From Antedon mediterranea (Eukaryota > Animalia > Echinodermata): a stretch of 64,000 bases of DNA. Positions 1 to 15,857 of the stretch are shown piece by piece. The translations under genes were made by a program, and so were the position numbers. Every line of letters begins with the position of its first letter. The first letter of the stretch is position 1. The DNA is taken from assembly GCF_964355755.1 (NCBI RefSeq), contig NC_092678.1, forward strand, positions 14,224,371 through 14,288,370, written 5' to 3'. Under the pieces are notes generated by a model that saw only the letters and a list, made by a program, of their open reading frames with translations, had not been told where the DNA came from and searched no databases.

Positions 1-27
1 CATTACATGAATATGACTTCTTTCTAG

Positions 28-124
28 TATGGAGACACTACACTACATAGGTATGTGCGATATTCTAACAGCAATAGTGACTTGTCTCACATAGTATGGC
101 GCATCAGTAACATCACAACATGTT
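28..124 (+). pseudogene. Degenerate ankyrin exon (97 nt, frameshift and stop)
   Basis: ttctag|TATGGAGACACTACACTACAT.. (YGDTTLHRY). 8 nt shorter than paralog 724-828; TAG in the homologous frame. Confidence 0.75.
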
Positions 125-3100
125 GTAATGTACATACAATCATAGTGGTATTTATGTCATTATTATGAAAACAGTATCTGTTCCAGCAAACATCTCTATT
201 TCAATTATAATACGTAATTTATAATTAATATTAATTATTTTGAATTATATATTGCGAATTTTAGAAGCAGTTATTGAATAAAACAAGACATGAAGACATG
301 CCATAACCGACATATATTTTTAGAAACAATATTACATTGCATAAAGTCAATTAATATTAATTCACACATTGTATTACAATTATAGTAGCACTTTAATTTA
401 TCTGTCTAGGTTGTTTAAGTTGGTTTATATAATATAATAATCGACTTTTGAAATAATTTTATTTGGGTCCTATTTTATAAAGGCGTAGACAAGTAGACTG
501 TTGCATTGACGCTGGTCTGTACGGCATGCTATATGTAACAAGCTATGTGTGGTAAATAATGTACAAATGAATTTGGCTGGCTTTTATTGTTTTGTACATT
601 CAGAAGATTTTGTCATAACAATGTAGAATTTATAACCATTATCAATGTGACATGACCAAAATATATGATTACATTACAGTTGGAATTGATGTTTACTACT
701 ACATGGTTATGATTTCTTTCTAGTATGGAGACACTCCACTACATGAGTATTTACAATGTGCCAACCCTAAAACAGAAATAGTGGATTATCTCGTACAACA
801 CGGCGCAGAAGTAACGTTACGAAATAAGGTAACATACAATTTTCGGAGGTCTATTATGCCAGTATTAATGAAACATTATCTGTTCATGCAAACATCTCTA
901 TTCTATTTATGACGTCTCTTTTATATATAATATGAATTATTTATTAGAAGTAGGTATTACAAATTCAAAAACAGTTATTAAATAAAAATAAATTAATTAA
1001 AAACTATATTATGCAGACATGCTATGAACGATATGTTTTTGTAAAAACAATTATTCCATGGTATAACTAAGTGCGTCTCGCCAATTATGACGTCATATAA
1101 TCGATTGTCATTCATACAACGATTTGCCCCAGATAGGGGTGTTTTTCGATCGTGGTATACACTGTCTAATGGATGTCCGTCTTGAAAAATACCCGCAGAC
1201 GATAATACGAGGATGCTTCGCATTTTCCTATCTCCTCCTACGATAATTGTTTTTAATGGCTGAAAACCGGTTGAACAGCTCGAGTACAGCATCATAATGT
1301 TGAAGACAGGCCGATTTTCTTTAAAAAAAATACTATTTTCATAGATTTAATATACGTTTATACAAATGTATTGATTTGCGATGAATGGAAAATTCCAATC
1401 TCTGTTCCACAAGTGTCTATTCCCTCAGGCGTCGTAAAGACAAGTACTTTATACTCATAACAGAAATTCGATCCATTTTTTTTTCAATCTGTGCTGCAGA
1501 GGTTGGATATACATTTTTTTAAACGGATAATAAAGAGCTAGCGTTTTCACTCGCCGTATATTATGTATAAATCTTTATTATTGCAGTTAAACCACCTACA
1601 TCATCACCCTTCCCTCACTGGCATGAGTAGCGTTGTAAAACCAGTAGAGGATAGGCCTACGGTACATCACATGCCTTAAACGCAGAACAACTTTGGTGGG
1701 TAGGGTAGGAACCAACTTAAGTATGAATTGGCTCTAAGAAACAATTGAAAACCATTAGGCCTACTAATTAAGTTGAGTTAGATAATTTAATATTTATTGA
1801 CGATTAAATCGAATTTATGATTTTCCCGAATAGAGGTGGTTTTCACAAATTGTTTTACATTATATAAACATATACACGTCGTAGTGATGTATCGTTACAT
1901 GTAGGGCCTACTGTACTATTTCAATCGACTAGGACGGTGATAGTTTCAACAAAGTATTACATCGCAATGTTTTACTGTGTTTAGTGGTATATTATTTGTA
2001 AAACATGAAAACAATAATAATAATAATAATAACTGGTACTTGATATAACGCATTATGCTGAAAGCCTCAATGCGCTTTACAAAGACAGAACAATTTAGAA
2101 ATTTAAAAATTAAGAAGTGGGTTTTGAGGAGAGATTTGAAGACACTGGTGGAAGTAGCCTGACGGATTTCAATAGGCAACGCATTCCATAGAGAAACGGA
2201 TGCCGAAGAAAATGAACGATTTCCATAAAACTTAGTGGAAGGATGAAATATATGGGCAAGAACAGACTCAGATCTAGATCTCAGAGACTGCTTAGGAACA
2301 TAAGGTTGAATAAGTTCAATTAATATTTCGTTACTAAATGAATAAAGAATAATATTAAAAAATTGTTCCTCTTTGCACCCATCCTCTTCCCCATCCCTCA
2401 ACCCTAATGTTACATACAAAACACAAATTAAGTTTGTTTAAATTTGACTTAGACAACTGGTTTCTCTTTCGGAAGTAATTCCCATGGTGCTAATTTTAGT
2501 TGAGTACATAAATCACAGTGTCTATTTATTCGTTCCTATAGGCTGTAAACGACGTGTATTATTGTCCTGCGGTACGTACATTTGAAATCGCCAGCTTTTT
2601 AATGCTGAAATTATTATGTATTCGAGAACCATCTGTGGGCACGACCTAGATGGTACGCTCGCTTCGCTCGCGTACCATCTAGTTTGTACAATTATAGTAG
2701 TTCTTTAATTTAGCTTTCTATTTTTTAAACTGGTTAGAATATAATTATTATTCTTGAACTAATTTCATTGGGTCTTAATTTAAAATAACACAAATATGAA
2801 TGCATTAAATGAATATGATTTCTTTCTAGTATGGAGACACTACACTACATAGGTATTTGCGATATTCTAACAGCAATAGTGACTTGACTCACTAGCCCAG
2901 ACAATCTACAGTTTCAACTCCCAAAAGTAGACAAAATAGCAACAAAAGGTTTTTTTTACTCAACTTAAAGTTAATTTTACGATAAAAAACATACAAAAAG
3001 TCTACCAAAATCGGAAAACTGGAAAGGTGATAAAAAGACAATAAATCAAAGCACTATTTCATTAAAATATGTTCGTATTCGGCGTAGTAATATTGTTAGA

Positions 3101-5754
3101 AATTGTTGTCTCTGATTGGTCGAATAAGTTTTGTGCCGTGTTGTTGTTACGACGGAAAATCTGATATTCCCTAACAAGTATGACTTTAAATCTTGTAATC
3201 AGGTAATTTATCCATTTTTTTTTTCATATTTCATAATTTTAAAAGCAACATTTAATCTTACATTAACTATTTAAACGAATGCGGCAATGTAAATTAGTCT
3301 TAGTAGATACGTAAAGAGCGATATAGCATAGGGAGCGGGGATCTACTCGCGATGTTGTTGAAAAACGTTACGTCACGCTAATTTGCGTGTACTGATGTAG
3401 GCCTCCACTCGTCGTACCACATACAGCAGTACAAACACGTGAGACGAAGGGAGGTGGGCCGGTGGCTGGCACCCCGCCCGGGTAGCTAAAAGAAGACCGC
3501 CGATATTATATAGGCCTAGGGGATGATACTAAACATGATCTTAACATATTTACTGTCATTTCAACCTACTCTGACTAGGCGTAAAAAGACAAAATTCGGA
3601 TATTATTATATAGGCCTATGGCCAACCTCTCTTCATTTTTTTTAGGAATTAAGCACAAAAAATAGGGCTACTATATGTAAGCCTAGCTAGGCTATCCTAT
3701 ACTGTCTAATAAAAGGTCAGGCAGCCGCTACCCGACTGGGCCATGGTCTAGATCTAAACACCAGATCTAATAGATATACAATATAGGGCCTATGCCTAGG
3801 TAGCCTGGTAGGCACAGCTATGCACTGAAATCTTAACCTCGGAATGTTTATATAATTAATATAAGAGTAGCCTGCCTTTTTTAGTAGCTAGGCCTAGTTA
3901 ATTATAACTTATGTAGTAATTATACTTAGGCTAATAGTACAGTAGTGAGGCTAGGCCTCTATAGTCTAAGTACTGTAATACTATTTATTCTTTATCAAAC
4001 CTATAGGCCTAGTAGGCCTATGCGATATATATTTCCTCTGTGTAAACTACAGATTATATTCTATTAATGTATTTGTTGTGATATCTATTTCATTTACCTT
4101 AGATATCTTATACTACTATTAAACAATGCAGTACTGTACTGCATCATTTGCAGAGAAACAATTGATGAGAAGAGTTATAAATCTGTATCAATCAGACAGA
4201 AAGGTATGTTTAGTTACATTTTTCTCTGGCATTATACATTATAATTTTTTTTCCCAATTACATTTTCATCTTCAATGAACTATAAAAACAAATGAAAGTT
4301 TGTTTTTCACTGTATAATTTTGTTACTCACTGTATAATTTTGTTACTACTATTTTAGGAGCAGATAGTGTGAATACAGCGAGCATTCAAAGAGGATTGAA
4401 GCCCAATGCTGTTGCGGGGTCAGTGGTCCATACAAATTGCCAGAAGAATTACATAAACGTGAAGGTCATAAAATATGGTGTACATTTCAAGATACATACA
4501 TTCCTTGACCATGGTTTCAGTGAACTATTGGCAAGTTATTTAGTTTATGTAGTGTTGACTGTTATACTTTATTGTAAAGTAAATAATTAATGTTTATGAA
4601 TTGAATGGAGATAATAATATTTCAGAATGATTGACTTATATTTAACAGGGCAGAGAGTTAATTAATCTTTAAATGAATGAAATATTCTCTCCACTTCACG
4701 AAAAAATACATTCATTATTATTATAAACTTTTATTCAATATATGTGTAATTATTGTACTTATTACTTGAGTTTCCTGTCTCTTGTAATAAGAAATGTTTA
4801 CATAAATGTACTTATACTTATTATTTGAGCTTCCCATCTCTTATGATAGTACAGTACAAACAATGTTGAAATACATACTTGTGTTTCAAGTACCGTAATT
4901 TAAAATGATATATAGTATAGTATATAATAATACTGGTGTATATTATTACTAATTACTTTTAAATTTCTCATATTTTGTGTCAGTAATACTGTTATGAAAA
5001 GATTGAAGTAAACACGACATCTCATATTTTTAAGAGCTATGCATGTTTGTTATATTCAACATCTATTCATGAGATCTTTTTGACTAGTTTGTACCTGTAC
5101 GTATTTGAGAATGATCAGATTTGGTTGAAAATATTAACGTTCAGATTAAATATGTGTACAAATTACAAACAAAAATTAAAAATAACTGGCTGGGTCGAGT
5201 TTATTTACTAGAAAAATAATGCAACTGACCAGCTGCAGCATGTTAATTTATAAGTAGTGCTCGGGTAAATGATTTCTGTGTACATCTTATGAAAACTACA
5301 GTACTGCCATTATTAAAATGCACATTGCACGACTGAACTATTTTATACATATACAGTAGTACATGTAAATGCATGTAAAAAGAAATGATGTGTGCAATAT
5401 AATATAGTTACTGTATTTATGAAAATAAATATTGAGAAATTACTTTACAAAATGTAATTTGTGTTAGGCCTATTTGTCGTCCAATGTCGTATACAGTACT
5501 CGTAATAGGGCTAGTATACAGTATTAAAATAAAATAATCATCATGGGTTAACAAAATTAATTTATCTTACAATTTATTTAAGGGCTATCCAATGAGACAT
5601 ACTGTAATAAAAATTCCTTCACTTTCTAGTGTTGCCCGAAAGCTCTGCTAATTTTTTCTGGCTGTTTTACTTTATCGTTTTGATTTAGCTTTTCGCTTTT
5701 TTTTTGTATCTCATTGTCATTTTTTCAGTAATTTGCCTTTGGATAAATAATAAT

Positions 5755-5837
<83 letters not shown>

Positions 5838-6489
5838 ACATTAGGCAATGAACATTAATTCGAAACCGCCCGGTGATATACTGAAATTTAATTAATTAAT
5901 TTGAAACGATAAAGATGAGAAAATCTGTGAGAATGAGAAAAAGTCGCCCCAACCGAGACTCGAACTCGGACCGCCTGCTTGATATGCAGATGTCCTAACC
6001 ATTAGACCACTGGGGCTTTCATGGTATTTCAGGATCTCCGAAGAGATACTTTTATATATATAAACACATCAGGCAATGAACATTAATTCGAAACCGCCCG
6101 GTGATATACTGAAATTTAATTAATTAATTTGAAACGGATAGTAGAATGTGATGAGATCCCGCCTCGTGAATAAAAATACTGTAAGATGAGGGCGTATCAA
6201 TTTGATCTCTGGTGCGCGTGCGTACAACTGAGGACTAGTGCTGTTCCGCCGTACCACGCCGAGAATGTTAAAGAGTCGCTATCCAATCGAGTTCAAACAA
6301 TACCATGAAAGCCCCAGTGGTCTAATGGTTAGGACATCTGCATATCAAGCAGACGGTCCGAGTTCGAGTCTCGGTTGGGGCGACTTTTTCTCATTCTCAC
6401 AGATTTCCTCATCTTTATCGTTTCAAATTAATTAATTAAAGTTCAGTATATCACCGGGCGGTTTAGAATCAATGTTCTGTGCGTGATTT

Positions 6490-6545
<56 letters not shown>

Positions 6546-9500
6546 CACATTATTACTTTACGTAGCGTAGTTTGTTGTTTTCATTCAAGTAAGGCGTATA
6601 GCTTCCATCGTTGATATTAAGCATTACATCTAGGTAGTTTATAATTTTCTTATTCGCTTTGATCGTTATCTTTAGATTATGTTCTTTGATTGTGACGCAG
6701 AGATCTTTTTTTTTTCAATAACATGAGGAGTTTCATTAAATGCCGTGAGTCCGTCATCCCTGTACTACCCTATGTTATTACCGTACTTGGATTCTAGTTT
6801 GGCTAACAGAAACAGACCAATTAACTCGAATGTTTCAGCACCGTCGTAGCTACCCATAGTAACATCGAATAAGGTGCTCCTTTTGCACCAAGCTGTCTTG
6901 TAGTTGAATAGTAGTGTATCATTGGCTTTGATTACTATTTCCCTTTCTTCCTCTGTAATATCGGTGAATTTTTGAGCAAAGTTGAGGGCTTTATTGAGAA
7001 GGTCCAAAGTTATCGAAGGATAAAATAATGTTACATCAAAGCATAGTGAACAGATTGTTTTCCATATCCTGTATGCCTTTAAACCATTCTATCATGTCGT
7101 TAGTATTCCTCCATTGGTTAAGCTTGGTTGAGGGCTTCATGGAGAAGGTCCAAAGTTATCGAAGGATAAAATTCTGTTACATCAAAGCTTATGAACAAAT
7201 GATTTTCCTTATCCTGTATGCATTTAAACCATTCCATCATGTCGTTAGTATTCCTCCACTGGTTAAGCATGGTTGACGGCTTCATTGAGAAGGTCCAAAT
7301 ATTTGTATATATATATATAATATCAATACATCCACACGTATATATATATAGAAGTACATAACATATATAAAACATATATACATATATACAATATACCCAT
7401 ACAATATAAATGCATAACATTATTAAAACCAAGAACGATAACAAATTTACACAAATATAATACATTAGACCTATATACACGGGCATAAAAAAACTATAAA
7501 AACTGTCAAGTAATAAAATGGAAATTTATATACACAGATTACACTATTTCTGTGTGGTCACCGTCGAGTACAGACGTATCACGTATTTCGCTCTCTAGGC
7601 CTCCTTTGTTCATTTGTTCGTACACTCTCACAGGCGCATAGTTAAAGGGCCCGTCGAAGTTTGTGATACTTTAGCTGTAGGACCCTGAAGACTACTTGCA
7701 ATACTTGTATTAGTACACTGTAGTATATTATTATATATTTTTTTACTGGAGCCCTTTACCAACTTACGGTTGGCATACGGATTTCTTTTTGCATTTCCAC
7801 TACGCCGGAACAACTCGTACAACACCTGACAGCTACACATAAATACCACACATGTGCACACAAACAACATAGAATGCGGAAGTAACAGCACGCTTAGTCA
7901 GTACTGTTTTTCATAATTAATATGCTAGGCCTTTTAAGGCTACAATTACTCAGATAGGAGCCCTCGGATATACACGCTGATCTTAAAAGAAGTGAACTGA
8001 AAACAAACTTAAAATGATTGGTATTGTAAACTATCGTATAAGAATAGGGATGTACAACAAAGGAAAACGAACGATAACAAAGCATAATTGTAACGGGAAA
8101 TCATATGGCAAGTTACCGATAGGTTTTAGCTGCGCGCCAAAGGGTAGCCATCTTTTGTGCAATATTTAATTTATAAATGTAGAATTGGTAAAACTCTGCC
8201 AAGTATTAAGGCTTTAAATTATTTATATACGAAATTATTTAATGATGTTAAGGTATATTGCAAGGCAAAATGGAGAATCAAATGATTTTGAGAAAAATGG
8301 GTAGACTTTATTAATTTATTGTAATCTTAATCTTTTTTACTGCTGGTATAGACACGTCTTTTTGTTTATTTTGTCCTTTTTAAATTTTTTTTCTCTGTAT
8401 GAAATATGAATAATATTTAAATAATAATAATAAAAAAAAAATAATGTACAGTATTAGTACATTATGTATTTTCAGATGTTGCAAGACATGAGATCCGAAA
8501 TAGGCTAGGCCTAGGCCTAGTGGCAGCGCAGTGCATACCTAGCTAGGGTGGGTGGGAAGTGTAACAGTTAGCCGTGGCATCGTGCAGATGTACAATAACC
8601 CAGCATAGTATGCTGCACGATGCCACGCGGTAACGATGAAGGAGGATATGGATGGCCTGATAGTGTGTAGTGTACTAATAAACTACTACTCAAATATACT
8701 GTATTTTACTTTAGTTAGGCCGCTAGTGAGTAGGTAGTATCATAGAACAAAAAATTTGAAAACAATATACTTTATTTCCATTAAAGCTTACTGAAAATAT
8801 TCTGACAGATTTTCTTTGACCTTAGCCCATTCATTCTTAATTAAATTTAAAATTTCTATTCTGTATAGGTTCCATATCGTTATTTAAACATTTTCGTTTT
8901 CAACGTTTTTTATATGTTATACATGATTTATATATTGAAAAACAAAAAACAGAGATTAATTAATTGATGAGTTTGCAATTTGTATTTCCAGAAACTATAA
9001 TTAGTCCAACATGAACAGTTGTGTTGTGTTTCGTTAACAGGAAAACACATTGAATCGAACTTTCTCCAGACTGAATTGTATGACATGTAAAAAGCATATG
9101 TTTTTTGTTTTCTACTTCTATTTTACATTTTTGGCATATATCACTATCAGCTAATTTCCATAGTTTAAATTTTTTCTACATGTTTTAATTCTGTGTAACA
9201 AATTAAAGTTGAATTGGGCAACTTTTACTATATGTTTGGTGTTTAAAACTTTATTAGGCTACACCATATTGCGTGCCAATTTAAATCGACACCAAATTCC
9301 TGTTCCCATTTCACTTGTGATCTTGGGATAGAGACTTTACTATTAATAAGATATCTATAAAACGTAGATGATCTATTTTGTTTATAAAATATAAGCATGT
9401 CAAAGGTTTTATCTATTTCATTTTCAACATTTCCTGGTTTAACAATTGTTTTCCATGATGCGATATGGCATTGATAACAGCAAAGTATTCAGTCAACCCG

Positions 9501-12500
9501 TTTTCTCTATTACATAACATTGGAATCAACCTTTGATATGTTATTAGTTCATTATCAACAATTATATCATTGATTGTTTTGATACCAGCATTTAACCAGG
9601 AGCAGAAGTACATTGATTTGCTATCCAATGTTACATACTTGTTTTCTCATAATTGTTGAGTTTTAATGTCTTTTACAGTGTGTTGTTCTGTACTGAATTT
9701 GTTATTTAGAATCACAACAGCTTTTAAAAATTGTTGATAGTACAATGGCATATCTTTTAAAATTGTATGATTTTCAGTATTAATTTTACTAATCTTAAGT
9801 GTACATCCTATTGGGTACATATAAGGTATCGGGATAAATTTCCATTTCGCAAGATTTGGGGTTAGCAAACACTTGACCCAGTTCTGTTTTAGAGACTTCA
9901 CTAATGCATTAATTCTTTTAATTTTTTCTCTATTTCCGCTAAATAAAAAATTACAAATTTCTTTTTCAACAATATGAAAGATAGATGTTGGTACATTTAT
10001 TACTGTAGAATTGTAAATCTGTTTTAATTTTTATTATTTTTCCAAAGAAAGATAAGTGTCTTGTTTTCCATAACTGTATTTTTTTTTTCAAATTAACAAT
10101 TTTATCGTCCTTATTATTTTTTTCACACAACTTTTCGTCGTAACCAACGTAAATTCATAATAATTTAATTGGTTCTTTTGTCCAAAAAATATTATATGGA
10201 GAGGAATCAAGAAATCTGCTTGATCCAATGCAAATGTCATTTGTTTTTTTTTTTAAATTTTAATTTCAAGCCTGATATATCACAAAATTTTTGAATTTCA
10301 TAAAAAAAATATTTTAGGCTATGTCCATCAGGCGTGAAAATTACTGTATCATATGCTAATTGGGCAATTTTAACAATTTTTTCTGCAGCATTTTCTGTAC
10401 TTGGTAGTGTGATGCCTTTGCATAGTGGATTCGCTCTTATATTTATTGACATAATTTCGGAAACTAAGTTAAATAATAAGGCAGACAGTGGACACCCTTG
10501 TCTAACACCGCAATTCATTTTGAAGCTCTCAGAGATCCAACCATTCTTTATCACTTTACATCGTGTATCAGTATAAATTAAGTTAATCCTTTTTATGAAC
10601 GATATTCCGAAGCCGAATTTCCCGAGTGTTGTAAGCAATAACTTTCTGTATATGGAATCAAAAGCCTTAGCAAAATCAAGAAAGATCATTGCACCAGGTA
10701 TATTTTTTCTTTTGTAACATTTAGTAAGTCGTCTACTAATCTAATATTTTCTCCGCCGACCCTTCCTTTTATATATGCTTTTTGGTCGTTGCTTATTATA
10801 AAACCAATAACGTCGTGCATTCGGTTAGAAAGGGCGTGTGCCATAATTTTATAATCTACGTTAAGTAAAGTAATTGGCCTACATTTTTTAAAATTTTCTC
10901 TCTCACCTGATTTGAATATTAGATTTATTATTCCTACTCGCTGTGAGCTGTATAATTTATTTTGATTGTAACTATAATTTAAAGAATTGCGTAAAATGTG
11001 TTTAATTTCATTCCAGAAGATTCTATAAAATTCGATCTTGGACTTTTGTTTAGATGCATTTTATCAACAGCGTTCATGAGTTTTTTTTTTAGAATGATTC
11101 CATCACATTTTGCAAAATCACATTGTGAAAGTGTGTTCACATTTGCATTTTAATCTTTTATATTTTCTGTTTTTATCTGTTTGTCTTCATATAACTGTTT
11201 ATAAAAAAGAACATGTTCTTTGAAAATTTCTTTTTTTATCAGAGGTATATTTACCATTTTCTTCCTTATAACAGTAATATGTTGTCTTTTTGCATTGTTT
11301 TTTTTAACCGCAAACAAAATTTAGTATTTTTTTCTCCGTTCTCAAACCATTCTATTCTGGATCTTATCTTTGCACCTTGTTCTTCAATTTGGTATATTTC
11401 TCGAGATCTTTTGATTTTGATCTAAGTTCTTTATATATGTCTTCATCATAACTGCTATCTAATTGATTACTTCTTTGGTCAATATTTCTTTTTGAATATT
11501 TTCGTTTTTTCTTTTTTTTACACAATATTTTATAGAAAATTCTTTAATTTTTATTTTTATATATTCCCATAATATTTCTGGGTTTAGGTTACGCTTATTT
11601 TTTTATCCTTTTCAAATATTCTTTTTATAGCAATACTGTAATTTTCTTCGTTTAGAACACTGTTATTTATTTTCCAGATTCCAGGTCCTCGATCGTTGTC
11701 TTCGTTTAACAATTTGAGTGAAATAGCTAAGTGATCGAACAAATTGAGGGCCTTTATTATCTGTTGACATAATGTCACCATTTTTATGTAGTGGTTTTGA
11801 GACACACACGAAGTCTAATCATCTGTAGGTATTTTTACTGCGCCATGTGAATTGTGATATACAGTTATGAAAATGTCTCCATATTATCTAATGGACACTA
11901 TTTCTTTGGTAACATTTTCTATCAAGAACGCAGTCTAGATTTAAGCATATTAATGAAATAACTCCACTGTTGAAACGAAGGGAAAATGCATTTTTAAAAT
12001 ATATGGCACTAATTGACGCTATTCCAAGAAACTGGAAAGTTATAGTGGTTGAGAAACCCTATTGTTATATACATAAAGAGGTTGATACAATAGACAACAA
12101 TTTTAATGTTACTTCAAATTATAAAACTGTCAAACAATTATATTCCACTTTTACCGATGTAGCATATAAAGCGTGCATACCAAAAGCACAAGATAAATGG
12201 GAAAACCAACTTCAAAATTGTTTTATTGACTGGAATCTATGTTGGAAAAACAAAGTTAAGAGTACGTTGCACATAAAAAGAGTGGCTTTCTTTAATTTTA
12301 AGTTGCTACATAAAATTTTACCAACTAGGTGTAAGCTAAAATTATGGAATTTGTCAAACAGTAATTATTGTGAATATTGTAATGAGGAGGTTGAAAATGA
12401 AAAGCATATGTTATTTACATGCAAAGAAGTAAAACATTGCTGGGTACAATGTTGCGCTATGCTGAAAACATGTTTTGCATTTACTCAGGAAGTTACATGG

Positions 12501-15500
12501 GAGACAATTTTACTTGGAAAATATGATGTCAAAATTAATGAAATATTTTCCATTTTAACTTTCTGTGTTTATAAAAATAAAGTCAAAAACAGACTAGGAC
12601 TTGTTAAAAAATGTCCATGGTTAATGTTCACTGCGGAGTTAGAAGGTATAATCAATTGTGAGTTTTTAATAAATAAAGAAAAGGCAAAAAAAAATGTGGT
12701 CAGATATGGACCGTAACAATTTAGCAAGGTATAAAATTAACGTTTATAAAATTGATATTTAGGTAATTTATGTAAAATATAACTTTTTTTTTTGATTGCA
12801 TGAAAAAGATAAAAAGAGTTATAAAATAAAGAATTCTGTGGTAAATTATACGTACATTGTTAAGGATTGAAAAACGTGTAAAGAGTGTATAACATAGAGG
12901 AATTTTTTTTTTCTTTCCTTATACTATTATATATAAAATGCAATGGTAGGAGTGAGATATCAGATGTACTGAAAGTTACTTAATGTCAATTATATTGTAT
13001 TGTATCATTACATTACTCATGTGCAATGCATTGTAAACGAACATTGATGAAGAAATAAAAGTGGGTCGATCCTACATAAGACAAAAAAAGAACGCAGTTC
13101 ATGTCTCCACCTAAAATAATATAATCGTCAGTTGTATTACAGAGAGTGTCGATTTTTGTCTCTACTTTTTTAAAGAACAACGTTCTCTCTTTGAAATTGT
13201 TATGTGAGTAAACGTTAATTAAATTAATTATTTTCTTCCCATTTTTTATACAAAGAACTACCATTCTTCCCTCATCATCAATGTATTTACATTCGATATT
13301 TGCTTTAAATAGGATTGTTACACCTCTACTATTTGTGGTGCCACAGCAGTATGGTACGCCGTGCCTTTCCATATGTTTTCTTTACAATTTTTATCTTTCT
13401 TATCATAATGTGTTTCTTGTAGGAAAACAATATCAACTGTTTGGTCTTCTAACCATTTATAAACTTTTCTTTTCTTAAACTGATATCTTAGACCTCTTAC
13501 ATTTAATGAAATTAAATGCAGAGAATTATTTTTGTTATTATTTTCTTTCATTTATATATAATTTTTTTAATTTTTTTTCCCAAGATTTTTTTAATTGAGC
13601 TTTCAACGTACAAATATCGACGTTAATGATTGTAGTAAGTCATATTTTAACTTACGGAGTCGGATTTTTTTCTCTTTCTTTTCAGCCTTTTTTTCTCCAC
13701 TTTCCTTCTTTTTGCAGCTGCAAACTTCTGCCTAGCTATTGCTGCTTGATAGTAATTTTCTGGATTTTCTGGTTTGTCTGGTTTGTGTGTGGTACTTTTT
13801 GCAAAGTCGGTTATTGGGCGCATGCCTTTCGTACTTTTGGTTGTTTTGTCAGTGTTTTTGTTTTCAGGGTCTACTTTTTAGTCGCGTAGACGCGACTCTT
13901 AGGTTCACTATGTCGGTCAGTCTGTCGGTCTGTTCGTCTGTCTGTCGGTCCGGTATTACTATGCATTTCAGCACGCGACTTATGTCTGTTGGCTTTGTTT
14001 CTTTTCTCGTTGTTTTTGTTTTTTTTTTTCATTTGTAGTTGTCTGGAACTCTTGAATTTCTTGTAGATTCTTCTTGACTAACATGTTCCATTCGTTTAAT
14101 CGCTTCTTGCATTGTTTTCTGAACTCTGTCGTCTAGTTCCATAGAGTCTATGGGCTTCCCTAAAAGGCTCTACTAAAACGGCCCGGTCTCCGTTCAAAAA
14201 TCGTGATAATTTTCCATTTATTCTAAATTTGATTAATTGTATGTCGCCTAGGATTTTGCAGCCTAGTTTCTTCAGAGATTATATTATTTCATCGTTTCTG
14301 ACTGATAGAGGAATGTCTTTCACTAGAACTCGAATTCCATTGTCATTATTTATGAACGGGTTTAGATCATATACTTGAATATTTTTGCCTCTTATGTTCA
14401 GGCCAGTGAATCAATATTATATTCTCCATAGGTTTTTAATCTTTTGCGCCCCAATTAAATGGTCGCAGTTAATTACATCATTAATAGCGAAGTATATTAC
14501 CTCTTCTTTTATGAATTTGTCATTTCTTTTGATGATGTCATCGTTTTTTATGAATATTGGTTTAACGTACTGTTGTTGGATTGTTTGGTCAGCTGTCTCC
14601 ATAGTAACAAGCGGTCTTAGAATTACCGTTGTCAATGTGTTCACTGAAGCAAACAGCGTGTATAGATCTAGCCCTTTTGTAACAGGGTTAACGAATGTGA
14701 TTTTCTCCTGGATACAGCTAGTTAGTTGGTCAGAACCAAGTTGTCTCGTCGGGCTAGCACAAACTCTACTTTCAAAGTTAAAGACATATACTTCTATGAA
14801 TACTGAAGATGTTTGATATCAAGTTGTATAACACTCACAATTAACAATTGAGTTTAATCTATGATGATCTCTGTCTAAAATCGTCATTTTGATCTATAGT
14901 TTTTAGCGTTTGTTTTTTATGTACATGTACATTGAGCGCCACCAACGGTCTTTAAAACGATCTTTTTAACTAGTTTGTTAAATCAGAGAAAATTCCCACT
15001 GAGTGGAATAAAGGAATCATTATACCTATCCATAAAAAAAGATAGTAAGAACGATTTAAATAACTATGTCATGTGTTGCTAACATTTTCAATCATATTAT
15101 TTGTGATCATTTCTCAAAATGTTGTGAGAGTAATAGTATTCTTACGGAAATCAAGAGAGGCTTTAGGAAAAATCATAGATGTGAGGACCATATATTTAAA
15201 CTTAAAAGCATATTGGCTACGCGTAATGCAGAAAATAAGTTAGCATACTTAGGCTTTCTGGATTTCCGTAAGGCGATTGACACGGTTTGGCGTAATGGTC
15301 TTTTGTCAATAGCATGGAATACTGGTATCCGTGGTAAAGTCTGGAAAATTATTTTATAAACTTATTATAACTGATTATTTTGATGTTTAGTTTCAGTTTG
15401 TTTCAGTTTATTTTCCATTTCAATTTATGAACATAAGATAAACAACTTATATGGATGGATAACCGTAAGAGCGAAGCTCGTTAGCCGGTCACCCGTTAGT

Positions 15501-15788
15501 GTAGTGACATTACAGACAACATAAAGACAAGACAAAGGTGCAATACATAACAAGACATGTGAACACTTGTGTTTGCAACCCCTTGGATAAAATAATATAT
15601 TTATATAAAGGAGAAAATTAGATATTATATTTCTTTTTGATCATAAAATGATAATTTTTAACTTACTTCTTAAGAAGGTTAACATGAAGATTACATATAG
15701 TTATTTTTATTTTTACTAGTACATGGTAATAAAATCTCAATATCATCTTTTAGATAAAAAATGTAATAGATTTACATACACACACATA

Positions 15789-15857
<69 letters not shown>

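Larger units (their letters stand above)
5834..6495. mobile_element. (TA)n-flanked repeat family 1 with internal tRNA-like cassette, inverted pair
   Basis: Minus copy 5834-6052, partial minus tail 6061-6136 and plus copy 6151-6495. The same family occurs in tandem at 33790-34375. Confidence 0.75.
8770..14900 (-). mobile_element. L1/Tx1-clade non-LTR retrotransposon, degenerate (ORF1 ~13600-14800; ORF2 APE-RT-zf ~8800-13551)
   Basis: [17 protein letters not shown] (APE), [49 protein letters not shown]; many frameshifts. Confidence 0.85.

Noticed and set aside
993-1295. ORF 993-1295 and its copy 24541-24780 as a duplicated gene
   Set aside because: Both lie inside the Helitron body, differ in length and have no recognisable domain.
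6205-6300. HDV-like or twister ribozyme upstream of the tRNA cassette
   Set aside because: The required nested pairings could not be assembled by eye.
6311-6382. Bona fide tRNA-Asp(ATC) gene
   Set aside because: Non-standard anticodon and loop, embedded in a dispersed repeat with degenerate copies; kept only as tRNA-like.
8573-8627. 15-bp perfect hairpin CGTGGCATCGTGCAG/CTGCACGATGCCACG
   Set aside because: Single occurrence with no supporting context; probably a TE remnant.
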